Source: an uncultured virus (IMG/VR IMGVR_UViG_3300034272_003223)
Taxonomy: Duplodnaviria > Heunggongvirae > Uroviricota > Caudoviricetes
Reading direction: 5' to 3' (one strand)
IMG/VR virus record: IMGVR_UViG_3300034272_003223
DNA: 64,000 nt
Shown: positions 20,217 through 30,838 of the stretch, piece by piece
Layout of the letters: every line of letters begins with the position of its first letter
How positions within the stretch are numbered: position 1 is the first letter of the stretch
Notes under the pieces: model-generated
Told to the model about the DNA's origin: nothing
What the model saw: only the letters and a program-made list of their open reading frames with translations
Database searches by the model: none
Program-made: the position numbers and the translations under genes

Positions 20217-22784
20217 TTAGTTTGGAGTTACTTTTACTGTAAAATTATTTGTATTTGAACTTTCCTTAGCTGTTGCATATACTTTATTATTTACAACTTT
20301 ATATCTAAATTTAGAAATAGCACTGTGTGTTGACGCATTTAATTGAGTAATTAAATTATCAATCGTTGAATAGTTTGGAACTGTATATGGATCGTGCAAA
20401 CCTAATCTGATTTTATGACCGATTGTTGGTGCATCAATTGAAAATCCTTGTAAGAAATCTGATTGATATGATAATTGATAGAATTTAGTATGGAAAAGAT
20501 CTCCAATTTTTGCATTAGAAATATCGCTCATTCTAGGCTTAACTGAATTGTCTCCAAGTCCCCAAGCGTATGCATAATCTGAAACTAGGGTTGGATCACT
20601 AACTGCTTTAAATTCACCAGTTAGCTTGTCTTTTATTTTTGCTTGAGTCGGTGCTGTATTATTACTAAAGTTATTTGCATAATAAGACCAATCAAACAAT
20701 TCTTTTTCTAAATCGATTGATCCAATTTTTTGAGTAAATGAAGGAATCGTTACATTTGGGTTAAACATGTAACTTCCTCCCATATCTCCAACTGTAACAT
20801 TAGTTAAATCTTTAAACTGATATGAAAACTTATCTGATGTTCTGGTAAAACCAACTGTAGTTGAAATAGTTGGATTTACTTTAAATTTAATAAAATCTAC
20901 AGATATTCCAGCAAATTGATCGTATACTCTTGCTTCAATTAAATATTCTCCAATATATGGTAAAACATGTGCAATCTTATTGAAATCATAAATGTTTCCT
21001 CTATAACTCCACTTATATGCGTTTGGTGAGTTTGGTTCCGGATTCTTTGTAATTATCCATTCAATATCAACTAAATTTAGATATACTGCAATATCTCTTA
21101 GTCTTACTCCTTCAGTTTCTAAATCGCTAAATGTTATTCCATCATAGTCTAACATTTGATACAGTGGAAGATTTGCTTTTAAAATAATAGGGCAGCCTAT
21201 TTGTGATTGTTCATTAACTTCGCCATTCGACCAATAGTAAGATCTTCCGTGCTTTCTCCATTCTTCAATTGAAACCTGTTCATAAAATGTGGTTATTGCT
21301 AATATTAGAGCTTTTTGTTGAGCTGCTGAATAGGTTTGACCTCCGTCATATGGATTTACAATTGCAGAAAAGACTGGGGTCATATCAATCTGCGGTTGAA
21401 GTAGCCCTGGTAAAATATTAGGTACACCCTTTCCGGTATTAAATGAATATTTAGGAAACCCTTCTAAAATTTTAGTTGGATTACCTATTTCAGCCTTGTC
21501 TGAATAGAATAATGGTCTAATATCTCTAATGTATGGAACGGCAATTTCAGATGAAGGTGAATGGACGCTTGCCTTGATTTTAGTGTTAATATTAACACTT
21601 TTAATCTCTGTGTCATCTGTCCAATATCTAAGATTAAATTTTTCAAAAAATATAAATTCACCAATAATATCTCTAACTACAACGTTTATAGGTAGAATTT
21701 CGCGCTTTAACTTTTTAGCAAGACCGTCTAACTTATAAAAAATCTCGGCTGGAGTAAAATCCGTAGTTTCCACTACTTCAGGTAAACCGTCATCGTCGTA
21801 ATTATCAGTTGCTTTGGTAAATTGATAGCACAGTGCTAAAAATGAAGTTTTCTTAAATTGAGCAGAATCTGTTAAGGCTCCACCAGTAGAAACACTAACC
21901 ATATTATCAATTTTGCCATCATCTAACATATCTGTAATGTTAACTAGTGCAAATGTATTTAAATATTGAGAGGTTGAGTTTGAGTTTTTCCAAAATTCTT
22001 TAGCTTCAAGAACATCTTTATATCCAAACAGATTGATAAAATTAACTAAACCTTTATAGGTACCGACATATGGAAAAACCTGATCGCGATTTACTAAAAT
22101 TTCTTTTCTTGCCTGGTTAATCTGTTCCCAATCTGGTAAACCTTCTTTAATGTTATAATCTTTTAATAGTTGAGCATCTTCAATGTGAAACGATATTCCA
22201 AAATTTTCCATCCAATTACGATATCTAGAATCCTCGTCTACGCCTTCTCCATAATAGTCTATTTCAAGTATTTTGGTTGAAGTAATATTTCCATTTGATA
22301 CAATTTCGTGATATGCAAGTAGCTTTCTGGTATAAATTTTTTCTTCAGTTGGAGAAAAGGCAATATTTACCTGCATTGGATATTTAATATAAAGTTGCGA
22401 AGAAGACCCGTTTGAAAAATCTGAATGATTTAACGTAATTGATTCGGCTTTTTCAATAAAGGGTAAGTCTGTATCACTATTACCACTTATATCCTGTTTT
22501 ATATTATAGAAAAAGAAGCTATTTGTAGGGTCAGATGTTTCCCATTTAAAAACAATTCTCTCGTTTTGGTTAAGTGTTGGAAAAAGATACTCTGGGTTAG
22601 AGTATTCCAAGATAAAGATTTGTCGACTATCAAATAAGCCTAATGATACTGGTTTAATATACTCTCGACCATACTGCCAGGCAATAGAGTCACTTTTACC
22701 AGTTTCAGCATTATACTTAGTAAACTGGAAGTTATAGTTTTCACCAAACTTATCAAAAAATATGAGGTTAGACAGTTGCATCAA
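20217..22784 (-). CDS. putative baseplate wedge-type protein, 855 aa
   Basis: FPYVGTYKGLVNFINLFGY resembles the xGTxxGhxxhhxhhG motif of baseplate wedge/gpI-like proteins; first gene after a late promoter. Confidence 0.55.
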   Translation of the reverse strand: MMQLSNLIFFDKFGENYNFQFTKYNAETGKSDSIAWQYGREYIKPVSLGLFDSRQIFILEYSNPEYLFPTLNQNERIVFKWETSDPTNSFFFYNIKQDISGNSDTDLPFIEKAESITLNHSDFSNGSSSQLYIKYPMQVNIAFSPTEEKIYTRKLLAYHEIVSNGNITSTKILEIDYYGEGVDEDSRYRNWMENFGISFHIEDAQLLKDYNIKEGLPDWEQINQARKEILVNRDQVFPYVGTYKGLVNFINLFGYKDVLEAKEFWKNSNSTSQYLNTFALVNITDMLDDGKIDNMVSVSTGGALTDSAQFKKTSFLALCYQFTKATDNYDDDGLPEVVETTDFTPAEIFYKLDGLAKKLKREILPINVVVRDIIGEFIFFEKFNLRYWTDDTEIKSVNINTKIKASVHSPSSEIAVPYIRDIRPLFYSDKAEIGNPTKILEGFPKYSFNTGKGVPNILPGLLQPQIDMTPVFSAIVNPYDGGQTYSAAQQKALILAITTFYEQVSIEEWRKHGRSYYWSNGEVNEQSQIGCPIILKANLPLYQMLDYDGITFSDLETEGVRLRDIAVYLNLVDIEWIITKNPEPNSPNAYKWSYRGNIYDFNKIAHVLPYIGEYLIEARVYDQFAGISVDFIKFKVNPTISTTVGFTRTSDKFSYQFKDLTNVTVGDMGGSYMFNPNVTIPSFTQKIGSIDLEKELFDWSYYANNFSNNTAPTQAKIKDKLTGEFKAVSDPTLVSDYAYAWGLGDNSVKPRMSDISNAKIGDLFHTKFYQLSYQSDFLQGFSIDAPTIGHKIRLGLHDPYTVPNYSTIDNLITQLNASTHSAISKFRYKVVNNKVYATAKESSNTNNFTVKVTPN

Positions 22785-22797
22785 CTTGGCTTTTTGT

Positions 22798-22806
22798 TAT
22801 TTATTA
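22798..22806 (-). promoter_or_regulatory. T4-like late promoter (TAATAAATA) in hairpin loop
   Basis: Box flanked by a TGGCT/AGCCA inverted repeat, just upstream of the start. Confidence 0.7.
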
Positions 22807-22822
22807 GCCAGGAATTGGCAAG

Positions 22823-23242
22823 TTAGATAGTGTAGATTTCGCTCTCGCCAGAATGACTTAGTGAGATAGTTACGATCTTTTCACCCTTTCCTATATGTTT
22901 ATAGATCTTCTTGTATTCCTTGGCATATCCATTTTTTGCAATTTGGGTAAAATACGCAAATGCATTATTAGATTTTTCTTCATTAAAGTTCCTCCAATAT
23001 CGTAAAAGATCTAAAAGAGCTGATTGAATACAGTCTTCCCTGTCTAGTGGATTTTGGAATTTTAATTTTTGAATAGCACGATTTGCTAAAAGGATAAAAT
23101 AGTCGATTGCTTTTGGGGAAAGTTCGCCTTTTGTATGCTGATAACCAGTTTCTTCATTTAAGAGACCGTGTTTACAACGGATAATTTCATTTGTGAAGTC
23201 TCTATTATTAATATAGTACTTCGGGTCTTTAATTCTTGCCAT
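22823..23242 (-). CDS. gp55: T4 gp55-like late-transcription sigma factor
   Basis: YINNRDF N-terminus, REDCIQSALLDLLRYWRNFNEEKSNNAFAYFTQIAKN (sigma region 2, gp55 pattern). Confidence 0.9.
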   Translation of the reverse strand: MARIKDPKYYINNRDFTNEIIRCKHGLLNEETGYQHTKGELSPKAIDYFILLANRAIQKLKFQNPLDREDCIQSALLDLLRYWRNFNEEKSNNAFAYFTQIAKNGYAKEYKKIYKHIGKGEKIVTISLSHSGESEIYTI

Positions 23243-23904
23243 TAGTTTAGGGCCTGGTAAATTTTTAATACACTTAAATAAGAATCGACTAGGTCTGGAA
23301 ATGGTGATTTAATTTCAGAAGCTGTGACTAGTTCTGTACTATATTTATTTAAGCATTGAGCTAGGGCAGAGTTTCGTGCTGCCTCTATTTTAGGGTCTTC
23401 TATAAATTGATTAAAGACATCAAACTTATTAGCGTTACCCTTTGCTCCTATTGCATTTTTTAATTCTGATGGAGAAAATATGAATAATCCAGCTAAGTTA
23501 TTATCAAGTAATCTATCAGTAATAGTCTTTTTAAGAATTCCTGTAGTTTGAACAATATCAACAAGTGAATTACCCTTTGCTCCATAAGCAAATCCTTCAA
23601 TTCCAACAATAATAGGCTTTTGTGGAACTTTAGTTAGGACCGTATCAATTAAGGTATTAACTAAAAGTAATTGATTTTGCAGTTTCTTTCTTTCAGTATC
23701 TGAATAACTTAGTCCTTTATTGTTCTTTTCGCCTAAGTTAACAATATGAATATCTGGAAACTCTAAATTGATTCCTTCTAAGAAGTGAAGGTAAGACTTA
23801 CTTAATTTAGTATTGGTGACAGCAACCCATTTAAAGGTCTTGAAATCATGACTGATACAAGCCGCTGGGAAGTTAATAGAGAAGTCAAATCCTATAATAG
23901 TCAC
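23242..23904 (-). CDS. RuvC-like Holliday junction resolvase, GTG start
   Basis: IIGFDFS, GIEGFAYG, SPSELK...GNANK, DLVDSY: RNase-H-fold RuvC catalytic pattern. Confidence 0.75.
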   Translation of the reverse strand: MTIIGFDFSINFPAACISHDFKTFKWVAVTNTKLSKSYLHFLEGINLEFPDIHIVNLGEKNNKGLSYSDTERKKLQNQLLLVNTLIDTVLTKVPQKPIIVGIEGFAYGAKGNSLVDIVQTTGILKKTITDRLLDNNLAGLFIFSPSELKNAIGAKGNANKFDVFNQFIEDPKIEAARNSALAQCLNKYSTELVTASEIKSPFPDLVDSYLSVLKIYQALN

Positions 23905-24005
23905 GCATAATTAAGTAATTTGTAATACTTTACTAAAAAATTTATAAAAGGTTTCTAAAACCTTCTTCAAAATCACTATAGAATAAGGGAAAGGTTTGGG
24001 AGGGT

Positions 24006-24087
24006 GTCAGACTGATAATCAGACTGATACTTATCGACTCTATTCTCTTTATTTTTTAAAAATAAAGAATTAGAGACTCAGTCTGAC
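24006..24087. repeat. 82-bp imperfect palindrome with TCAGACTGA repeats in a divergent intergenic region
   Basis: GTCAGACTGA (24006-15) pairs with TCAGTCTGAC (24078-87); second TCAGACTGATA at 24019-29; inner TCTTTATTTTT/AAAAATAAAGA stem. Confidence 0.75.
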
Positions 24088-24132
24088 CAAAACTTAAGAC
24101 TCTTTAGTATATTGTTTCTAAATTATTAGGCA

Positions 24133-24882
24133 ATGTTTACACCACAACAAATTTCTAAGATGGTCTTTTTTGATATTGAGACCTCTACTACTACACAGGA
24201 TGCTGGTTCCTTGAGCCCCGCACTACAGAATCAATGGCACAAACGTGCTGAATACCTTCGTGATACTCTTTCACAAAAATATCCAGATAATAAGACCCTA
24301 AGTGATGAAGACCTTTTTACCCAAAAAGCTGCACTTCAAGCAGAGTTCGGCAGAATAGTCTGTATTAGTTTTGGTCGTATTGTTTATAAAGACGGCGAAC
24401 CTACATTTACCGTTGCTGCTATTTCAGGAGAAAACGAAGAAGAACTCTTAACTAAAGCCCAAAAATCTATTTCTAAAATATTTGCAACTGGAGGAACCTT
24501 AGTTGGTCATAATATTAAAAGATTTGATATTCCTTATCTATGTAAGAGATTATTAATTAATGGTTTGGCTATTCCAGACGAACTCCATTTTCATAACAAG
24601 AAACCTTGGGAAATTCCAATGCAAGATACAATGGACGTTTGGTCATTTGGAGCTTGGCAAGAAGGTTTTGCTTCGCTAGATCTTATTTGTGGAGTTCTTA
24701 ATATTCCATCACCTAAAGGAGCAATGCGAGGTGAAGAAGTTCCAGCTGCGTTTTGGGAAGGTCGTCTTCAAGAAATTGCTCAATATAATATGGAAGATGT
24801 CATTGCACTCGGGCGTATTATATTAAAGGTCTCAGGACTAAACTTGTTTGAAGAAGAGAGTATAACAAGAAATACGCTATAA
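24133..24882 (+). CDS. stand-alone PolB-like 3'-5' exonuclease (DNA_pol_B_exo2 type)
   Basis: FFDIET (ExoI), GHNIKRFDIPYL (ExoII), KKPWE, YNMEDV (ExoIII). Confidence 0.85.
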   Translation: MFTPQQISKMVFFDIETSTTTQDAGSLSPALQNQWHKRAEYLRDTLSQKYPDNKTLSDEDLFTQKAALQAEFGRIVCISFGRIVYKDGEPTFTVAAISGENEEELLTKAQKSISKIFATGGTLVGHNIKRFDIPYLCKRLLINGLAIPDELHFHNKKPWEIPMQDTMDVWSFGAWQEGFASLDLICGVLNIPSPKGAMRGEEVPAAFWEGRLQEIAQYNMEDVIALGRIILKVSGLNLFEEESITRNTL

Positions 24883-24900
24883 AAATATTTAAAAAGATAA

Positions 24901-26493
24901 ATGTCAAAGACTATAATTTTTGATGCTGATGCAAGAAACCGACTTAAAGTTGGTGTTGATACATTAGCAAATTCAGTAAAAGTAACAATGGGTCCAGGTG
25001 GACGTAATGTTGTTATTGCAAGAGACGGTGGATTAGCTGTCACAAAAGATGGAGTTTCTGTTGCTAGAGAAGTTGAACTATCAGATAATATTGCTGATGT
25101 TGGTGCACAAATGGTAAAACAAGTTGCACATAAAGTAGCACAATTAGCTGGTGACGGGACTACAACCGCAACTGTATTAACTCAAGAAATTTTTAATCGT
25201 GGACTTAAAGCCGTTGCGACTGGCGCAAATCCAATTGAATTAAAAAGAGGAATGGATGCAGCTTTATCTGAAGTAGTTGAGGCATTATCGAATTCTTCAA
25301 TTCCAGTTAAAGATCTTACGCACATTCACCAAGTTGCAACAATTTCTGCCAATAACGATGAGTCAATGGGTGCCCTAATTACCCAATGTATGGAGGCAGT
25401 TGGTTTTGATGGAATTATTACAGTTGAACAAAGTAAGTCTGCTGAAACTTATGTTGATATTGTAGAAGGAATGCAATTTAAGTCTGGTTACCTATCACCA
25501 TATTTTATTAATTCTAATGAGAAACCTCAAGTTGAATTTGAAAACGCTTTAGTTCTACTTGTTGATGGTAAAGTATCAGTCTTAAATGATATTGTTCAAT
25601 TTTTAGAATATTCAAATCAAAAAGGTCGACCACTTTTAGTTATTTCTGAAAGTGTAGATGGAGATGCTCTAAATACAATGGTACTTAATAAATTAAGAGG
25701 CACAATTAAAGCAGCGGCTGTACGTGCACCAGGTTTTGGTGAATTACGTAAAGAAAATCTTGATGATATTGCAATTTTAACAGGGGCAAAAACTGTTTCT
25801 GAACGTGAAGGTTATACGCTAAGCGAAACTGTTGCATCTGAAGTATTAGGTTCAGCTAATAAAGTTATTATTACTGCAGAATCTACTACAATAATTGGAG
25901 GAGACGGCGAGGCTGAATCAATTAAAGAAAGAATTACTGATATTAATGCTCAAATTGAAAATAGTACCAGTGAATCTGCTTCGTTAATACTTAAAGAGCG
26001 TCTTGCTAGATTAGATGGAGGAGTTGCAATTATTAAAGTTGGAGCCCACTCTGAAATTGAAATGCGCGAAAAAATAGATCGTATTGATGATGCAATTGGA
26101 GCCACTAGAGCCGCTGTTGAAGAAGGTATTGTTGTAGGCGGTGGAGTTGCTCTTTGTAAAATTGCAGAATCACTTAAACCAACTATTGATACTACGCCAA
26201 ACTTTGAACATAGACTCGGTCGTACAATCTTATTGGAATCATGTTTAGCGCCATTTCAAGTAATTTTAAATAATGCTGGAGAATCACCAGATGCAGTTCT
26301 TGCACAAATGAAAAATCTTGGTAAAGAATATAACGTTAAGGCTAGAGAATACTGTGACTTTATTGAATCTGGTATCATCGATCCTGTGAAAGTTACTAGG
26401 GTTGCACTAGAAAATGCAGTTTCAATTGCTTCTATGATGCTAACCACCGAGTGCCTAATGGTTCAGGATAAAACTACAGAAACTAAGGCTTAA
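24901..26493 (+). CDS. groEL: chaperonin GroEL
   Basis: TMGPGGRNV, TKDGVSVA, AGDGTTTAT, APGFG, GIIDPVKV; lacks the GGM C-terminal tail. Confidence 0.97.
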   Translation: MSKTIIFDADARNRLKVGVDTLANSVKVTMGPGGRNVVIARDGGLAVTKDGVSVAREVELSDNIADVGAQMVKQVAHKVAQLAGDGTTTATVLTQEIFNRGLKAVATGANPIELKRGMDAALSEVVEALSNSSIPVKDLTHIHQVATISANNDESMGALITQCMEAVGFDGIITVEQSKSAETYVDIVEGMQFKSGYLSPYFINSNEKPQVEFENALVLLVDGKVSVLNDIVQFLEYSNQKGRPLLVISESVDGDALNTMVLNKLRGTIKAAAVRAPGFGELRKENLDDIAILTGAKTVSEREGYTLSETVASEVLGSANKVIITAESTTIIGGDGEAESIKERITDINAQIENSTSESASLILKERLARLDGGVAIIKVGAHSEIEMREKIDRIDDAIGATRAAVEEGIVVGGGVALCKIAESLKPTIDTTPNFEHRLGRTILLESCLAPFQVILNNAGESPDAVLAQMKNLGKEYNVKAREYCDFIESGIIDPVKVTRVALENAVSIASMMLTTECLMVQDKTTETKA

Positions 26494-26514
26494 TTATATT
26501 TTGCCTAAGTCTTC

Positions 26515-26522
26515 GTTAAATA
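26515..26522 (+). promoter_or_regulatory. probable late promoter (GTTAAATA) in the loop of an AAGTCTTC/GAAGACTT hairpin
   Basis: Perfect 8-bp inverted repeat 26507-14/26530-37 ending 3 nt before the TTG start. Confidence 0.55.
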
Positions 26523-26540
26523 AAAAAAAGAAGACTTGCT

Positions 26541-29500
26541 TTGTCAGAAATCGACAGTCTTATTGAACAAATTAAATGCGAGCTAAGAGAAAACCCCTTC
26601 TTTTCTGAAGGGGATCTTGCTGCTTTAGATGCATGTTTACCTAGCTCAGATGAATTAGAAAATGCTCAAATTGAAGCTATTGAAGAAATAGTTGCGGAAA
26701 ATCCCTGTGCTAAAAAATCAATTGATGCAATAAATTCAGAGCTAGAAAAAAACGATGCAAAATTAAAGGCTGCAGTCAAAGCAAAATACGTAATATCTAG
26801 ATTACAAGAACTTAGAGACCTTCTTTACCCAGCTGAATATTTTTATAAAACCAGATCAGAATTTTTTAATAAGATTATCAAAGACCTAGATAATAGGTTT
26901 ACTGTAGCTGGTGCAAACTACAATACAGAATTTACTAATATTTTAAATAAGTATGAACTAAATTCATATAAATTTAATGCAGTTGCAACAACAACAACAA
27001 TATCAGCAATTGATCAATTAAACAAAGATATTAAGTCTCAAATTGAAGATTATTTTAGTAAAAGAACCTTTGCTGTTACTAATACTGATCCAATTAAATA
27101 TTCATATAATTCAGATAATCCAACATTTTCTATAAGTCTTCCTGGAAAGGATGGATTTTCTATTAAGTCTTCTGAAAATCAAAAAACAGGAAAGGTTGAT
27201 TCTTTTGGTAATTCTGAAACCAAGCAAGTTGAAGTTAATGTTAAAATTTTACCAGAAGATTCAATTTATGAAACTAAAGATAAAGTTTTTCAAAAACGTA
27301 CCCTTAATTTAGTTAACATCTCTTCACAAAGGTATACAGATAAATCTGCAACTGATTCACTATACCCATTTTCTGGACATCTTGCAAATTTCTATAAGAA
27401 AATTGAAGACCCTCTTACTCTTTTCACACTAGAAGAAAAAGGATTAACCACTGATTCTGTAAAAACTGATAAAAATCTTACCAAAGAAAAATTAGATGGA
27501 ATTGTTAAAGAGCAAAGAGCAGATGGAAGAGAAGAACAATTTTATATTGAAAATACAGAAACCTATCAAAAATTTTATGAAAATCTTGAACCTAAGATTG
27601 AGGAAAGAATTGAGGCTGAACGTACTAAATTTAGAAAAGGTCTAATTGAAACAGGTAAGCTAATAAAATTATCAAATCTTGCTAAAAAACAGGTATTTGA
27701 TTTAGTTAACAATAGTCAGTTAATATCTACTCCAACTGAAAAGCTTATCGTTAATGGTAAAGAGATTAAACCGAGCGAATACGGCCAACAGATTAGAGAT
27801 AAAATTCAAAAGAGTGCCGACGAAATTTCTAAATTAGTTAAAGACATTGAAGCTCGTATTGCCGCTATTAAAAAAGCAAACACGCCAAATCCAGATGATT
27901 TAGCAAGCGCTCTTTCTGCAACCGGATGTCTTCCCCCAACTGAACCTCCATGTAAATCTTTACCTAAAGCTGGATCTGACCCATTGGGTTATAAATCAAT
28001 GACTATTCCAGCAACAATGGCTCAACCAGATTATACTTGTAATTGTTATTGGAAAGAAGTTACTAAACACCTAAATAAATTAAATCTACTTCCAATTCCA
28101 GATATAATGCGATTGCCGGCACTTAGATATTGGCCAGTAGGAATCTTAATTCCTTTGCCTGTTCCAATTAGAATTCCGCTTCCTCAAATTTGGAAACATA
28201 TTATAACATTAAATTTACCATTTGGTACACTTGTTGTTTGGTATATTCAGTGCGGAATAGTACCATCTCCAATTGTTATGTACATCGGGCCAGATGGAAA
28301 AAAGATTATTCTATTAGGATTTAGAGCGCTTCAAGGTCAATTTGATCCAGTTGGCTATACAATTAACGAAAGCCCTAAACAGCCAGCTCCGCTTGGAGTT
28401 ACCCTTAGTGAAATTGGAAAACCTACTGGAACTTCAATTAAAACTCTAACGTTTGGCACAATTTTACCAGATTCAGTCATGGAAAAAACTGCGAAAGTTA
28501 TAGCTAAGGCTCAAGTAATTACAGAACTTGTTACTGAAGGTAGACTAATGCCAAATGGCTTTAATATTCCATTTAAGCTTGGCGAAAAACCTAATTTTAA
28601 TACAGGTGACGCTGACCTACTTAGTCAGGTTGCAGATGGAGTTGAGGATTTTCAGTTATTTGTTGAAAATCTCAGCCGACGTATTTGTAGGAAAATTGAT
28701 GAAATTGGAGATATTGATTTACCTAATTTTACTCTAGCTCTAGTTGATGCTGAACAAGCTGCTAAAGATAGAGCTCAAATATTAAGTGGCCTACCATATA
28801 ATTTTGATTCAGCTTGGTTAAATTGTGATCCAGCTAACCTATCAAATAATATACCAGCTGATGTTATTACAAGTGCAAATACTGATGCTGGCACTCAATG
28901 TAAAGAAGTTATTCTATCACTTTCATTAGATTTAGATAGTTTTTTGGATAAACTTAAACTAGGAACATATAAATTTCCAAAAAAGAAAGGAAAACAAATT
29001 AAACCACAAGCATTTTTAGATGAAATTGTTGATAATTTAATTGAATACTTATCTGATACAAACTTTGGAAAAAGCAGAAATATTAATTTAAATAAAAGAT
29101 TTAGAAAAGCTATGCAAGATCTAGACCTGGATGCAGAAATTGATGCAATCCAAGCTAGTGTTGATCTTAGTAAAAATGAAGACTTAATTGCATTTAAGAA
29201 AACTCTAAAGAAATATGTAGATGAAATTTGTGATGTAATGTCTGGTAAAAATATAAAGGTTGATAAAACTAAGCCAGCCTTTAAGCGAAGAGTCAATAAT
29301 GAAAGAAAGCGAAGAATCCGATTTAATTTAATAAATGGAATCAATATTAAAGATATGGTTGGGTCTACTCCAAATAAAGACGATAAAGATTTGTTAATAG
29401 ACATGTTTAAACAACAAATTGCAAAATCGAACATTGATCCAACTGCTATTACTGACTCGGAATTATTTAATATTATAGAAACTTCTCCAAAGATTAATGA

Positions 29501-30782
29501 TGATTATAAGAAAAGCCATGTTAAACAGGAGCAAATTACTAGAGACTACACGAAAAAAGCTCTAAAGCGAAAGGGCGGATCATTTGATAAATTATCATTC
29601 GATAGCGAGGCAGATTACATGGATAGTAAAATGACAATAAAGGAAAATAAAGTAAGTCAATTTATCTATGATGCGGAAGTGCGTAAACGTGAAAGAATTT
29701 CCGAGATATTAGGTCAAACTATATTGGGATTAACCAAAGATATTCAAAAAAATTTAGGACAAATTACCCAAATTGTTAAGCCTAAATGCTGCCCAGATCA
29801 ATTAGAACTGCCTCAATTTATAGACCCATTGGTGTTAGCGTTAGTTATGTCATTTAAGCAGCTTGCTCATACTGCAATTGATGCATTAACTACTGGAATA
29901 TTAGGTCAAATTTTTGGTCAAGTTTTTCAATTAACAAAAGATACAGTTAAAGCTGTTGTTGATCTAGTAGCAAAAAACATTCCAGATATAGATCTACCAC
30001 TAAATGGTGCAGCCTTTATTAAATTAATCATAAACGCCCTTAAACCGTTTTTACCTTTACTTAGAATTCCATTAGGGCCTCTTCCTAGAACACTTGGAGT
30101 TCCTCAGCTAACCCTTAACCTAGATTCAATTGTTAAACCTCTACTCAAAAGTGCAATCCAAATTTTATTAGACAAGCTACTAAGCTATTTTCCATTTAAA
30201 GTTTGTGATTTACCGTTTACCACAATTTCATCAAATATACTTAACGCAATTGTTAGAGGAATAAAGTCTGCCCTTAAACGAGCTATTATGGAATTAATTT
30301 CAGTAATATTAGATCCACTTCAATCAATATTTAAACTTTTAAATTTAATAAAAAGTGTTAAAGGTGCATTTACTTCACTATTTGATATGACCAATCCATT
30401 TCTTAAAATTTATAAAATGATTAAAGAAATGTTAGAAAGAGAACTGCCAACCGCCGCGTTTATTAAATCAATAAACTCTCTATTACTATTAGCACAATTA
30501 GAAGCACTTAAAGTTTTAGATAAAGCTTCTAAAAATTTACCAGATATTGCTGTGTATCTTCCAATTGCAGCGGGGTCTTCATTGGGGCTTGGTCCAATCC
30601 TAAGGTCAGCAGTCCACCCCATTCTAAATCAAGATGACCTTCCTACTTGGGATAGACTTAGTCTAAAGAATCCATTATACGTAATGTTTTTAGATGATTT
30701 AGCACATAAAGCAAAAGCCTCAACTGGTTCAATTCTGGGACAAGATTTTCTTGGTACACCAGTCTATATTCCGACACCTTAA
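26541..30782 (+). CDS. large hypothetical (probable virion) protein, 1413 aa, TTG start
   Basis: Coiled coils, Cys/Pro-rich hinge, hydrophobic amphipathic C-terminal third; late-promoter-like box upstream. Confidence 0.6.
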   Translation: MSEIDSLIEQIKCELRENPFFSEGDLAALDACLPSSDELENAQIEAIEEIVAENPCAKKSIDAINSELEKNDAKLKAAVKAKYVISRLQELRDLLYPAEYFYKTRSEFFNKIIKDLDNRFTVAGANYNTEFTNILNKYELNSYKFNAVATTTTISAIDQLNKDIKSQIEDYFSKRTFAVTNTDPIKYSYNSDNPTFSISLPGKDGFSIKSSENQKTGKVDSFGNSETKQVEVNVKILPEDSIYETKDKVFQKRTLNLVNISSQRYTDKSATDSLYPFSGHLANFYKKIEDPLTLFTLEEKGLTTDSVKTDKNLTKEKLDGIVKEQRADGREEQFYIENTETYQKFYENLEPKIEERIEAERTKFRKGLIETGKLIKLSNLAKKQVFDLVNNSQLISTPTEKLIVNGKEIKPSEYGQQIRDKIQKSADEISKLVKDIEARIAAIKKANTPNPDDLASALSATGCLPPTEPPCKSLPKAGSDPLGYKSMTIPATMAQPDYTCNCYWKEVTKHLNKLNLLPIPDIMRLPALRYWPVGILIPLPVPIRIPLPQIWKHIITLNLPFGTLVVWYIQCGIVPSPIVMYIGPDGKKIILLGFRALQGQFDPVGYTINESPKQPAPLGVTLSEIGKPTGTSIKTLTFGTILPDSVMEKTAKVIAKAQVITELVTEGRLMPNGFNIPFKLGEKPNFNTGDADLLSQVADGVEDFQLFVENLSRRICRKIDEIGDIDLPNFTLALVDAEQAAKDRAQILSGLPYNFDSAWLNCDPANLSNNIPADVITSANTDAGTQCKEVILSLSLDLDSFLDKLKLGTYKFPKKKGKQIKPQAFLDEIVDNLIEYLSDTNFGKSRNINLNKRFRKAMQDLDLDAEIDAIQASVDLSKNEDLIAFKKTLKKYVDEICDVMSGKNIKVDKTKPAFKRRVNNERKRRIRFNLINGINIKDMVGSTPNKDDKDLLIDMFKQQIAKSNIDPTAITDSELFNIIETSPKINDDYKKSHVKQEQITRDYTKKALKRKGGSFDKLSFDSEADYMDSKMTIKENKVSQFIYDAEVRKRERISEILGQTILGLTKDIQKNLGQITQIVKPKCCPDQLELPQFIDPLVLALVMSFKQLAHTAIDALTTGILGQIFGQVFQLTKDTVKAVVDLVAKNIPDIDLPLNGAAFIKLIINALKPFLPLLRIPLGPLPRTLGVPQLTLNLDSIVKPLLKSAIQILLDKLLSYFPFKVCDLPFTTISSNILNAIVRGIKSALKRAIMELISVILDPLQSIFKLLNLIKSVKGAFTSLFDMTNPFLKIYKMIKEMLERELPTAAFIKSINSLLLLAQLEALKVLDKASKNLPDIAVYLPIAAGSSLGLGPILRSAVHPILNQDDLPTWDRLSLKNPLYVMFLDDLAHKAKASTGSILGQDFLGTPVYIPTP

Positions 30783-30784
30783 TT

Positions 30785-30812
30785 AAAACTACTAGTACTT
30801 TATCGGTATAAT
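30785..30812 (+). promoter_or_regulatory. putative early/middle promoter AAAAC-N16-GTATAAT
   Basis: Same layout at 36697-36724 and, on the minus strand, 23927-23954. Confidence 0.5.
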
Positions 30813-30838
30813 ATTTTAGATTATTCAAATTTAAAAAT

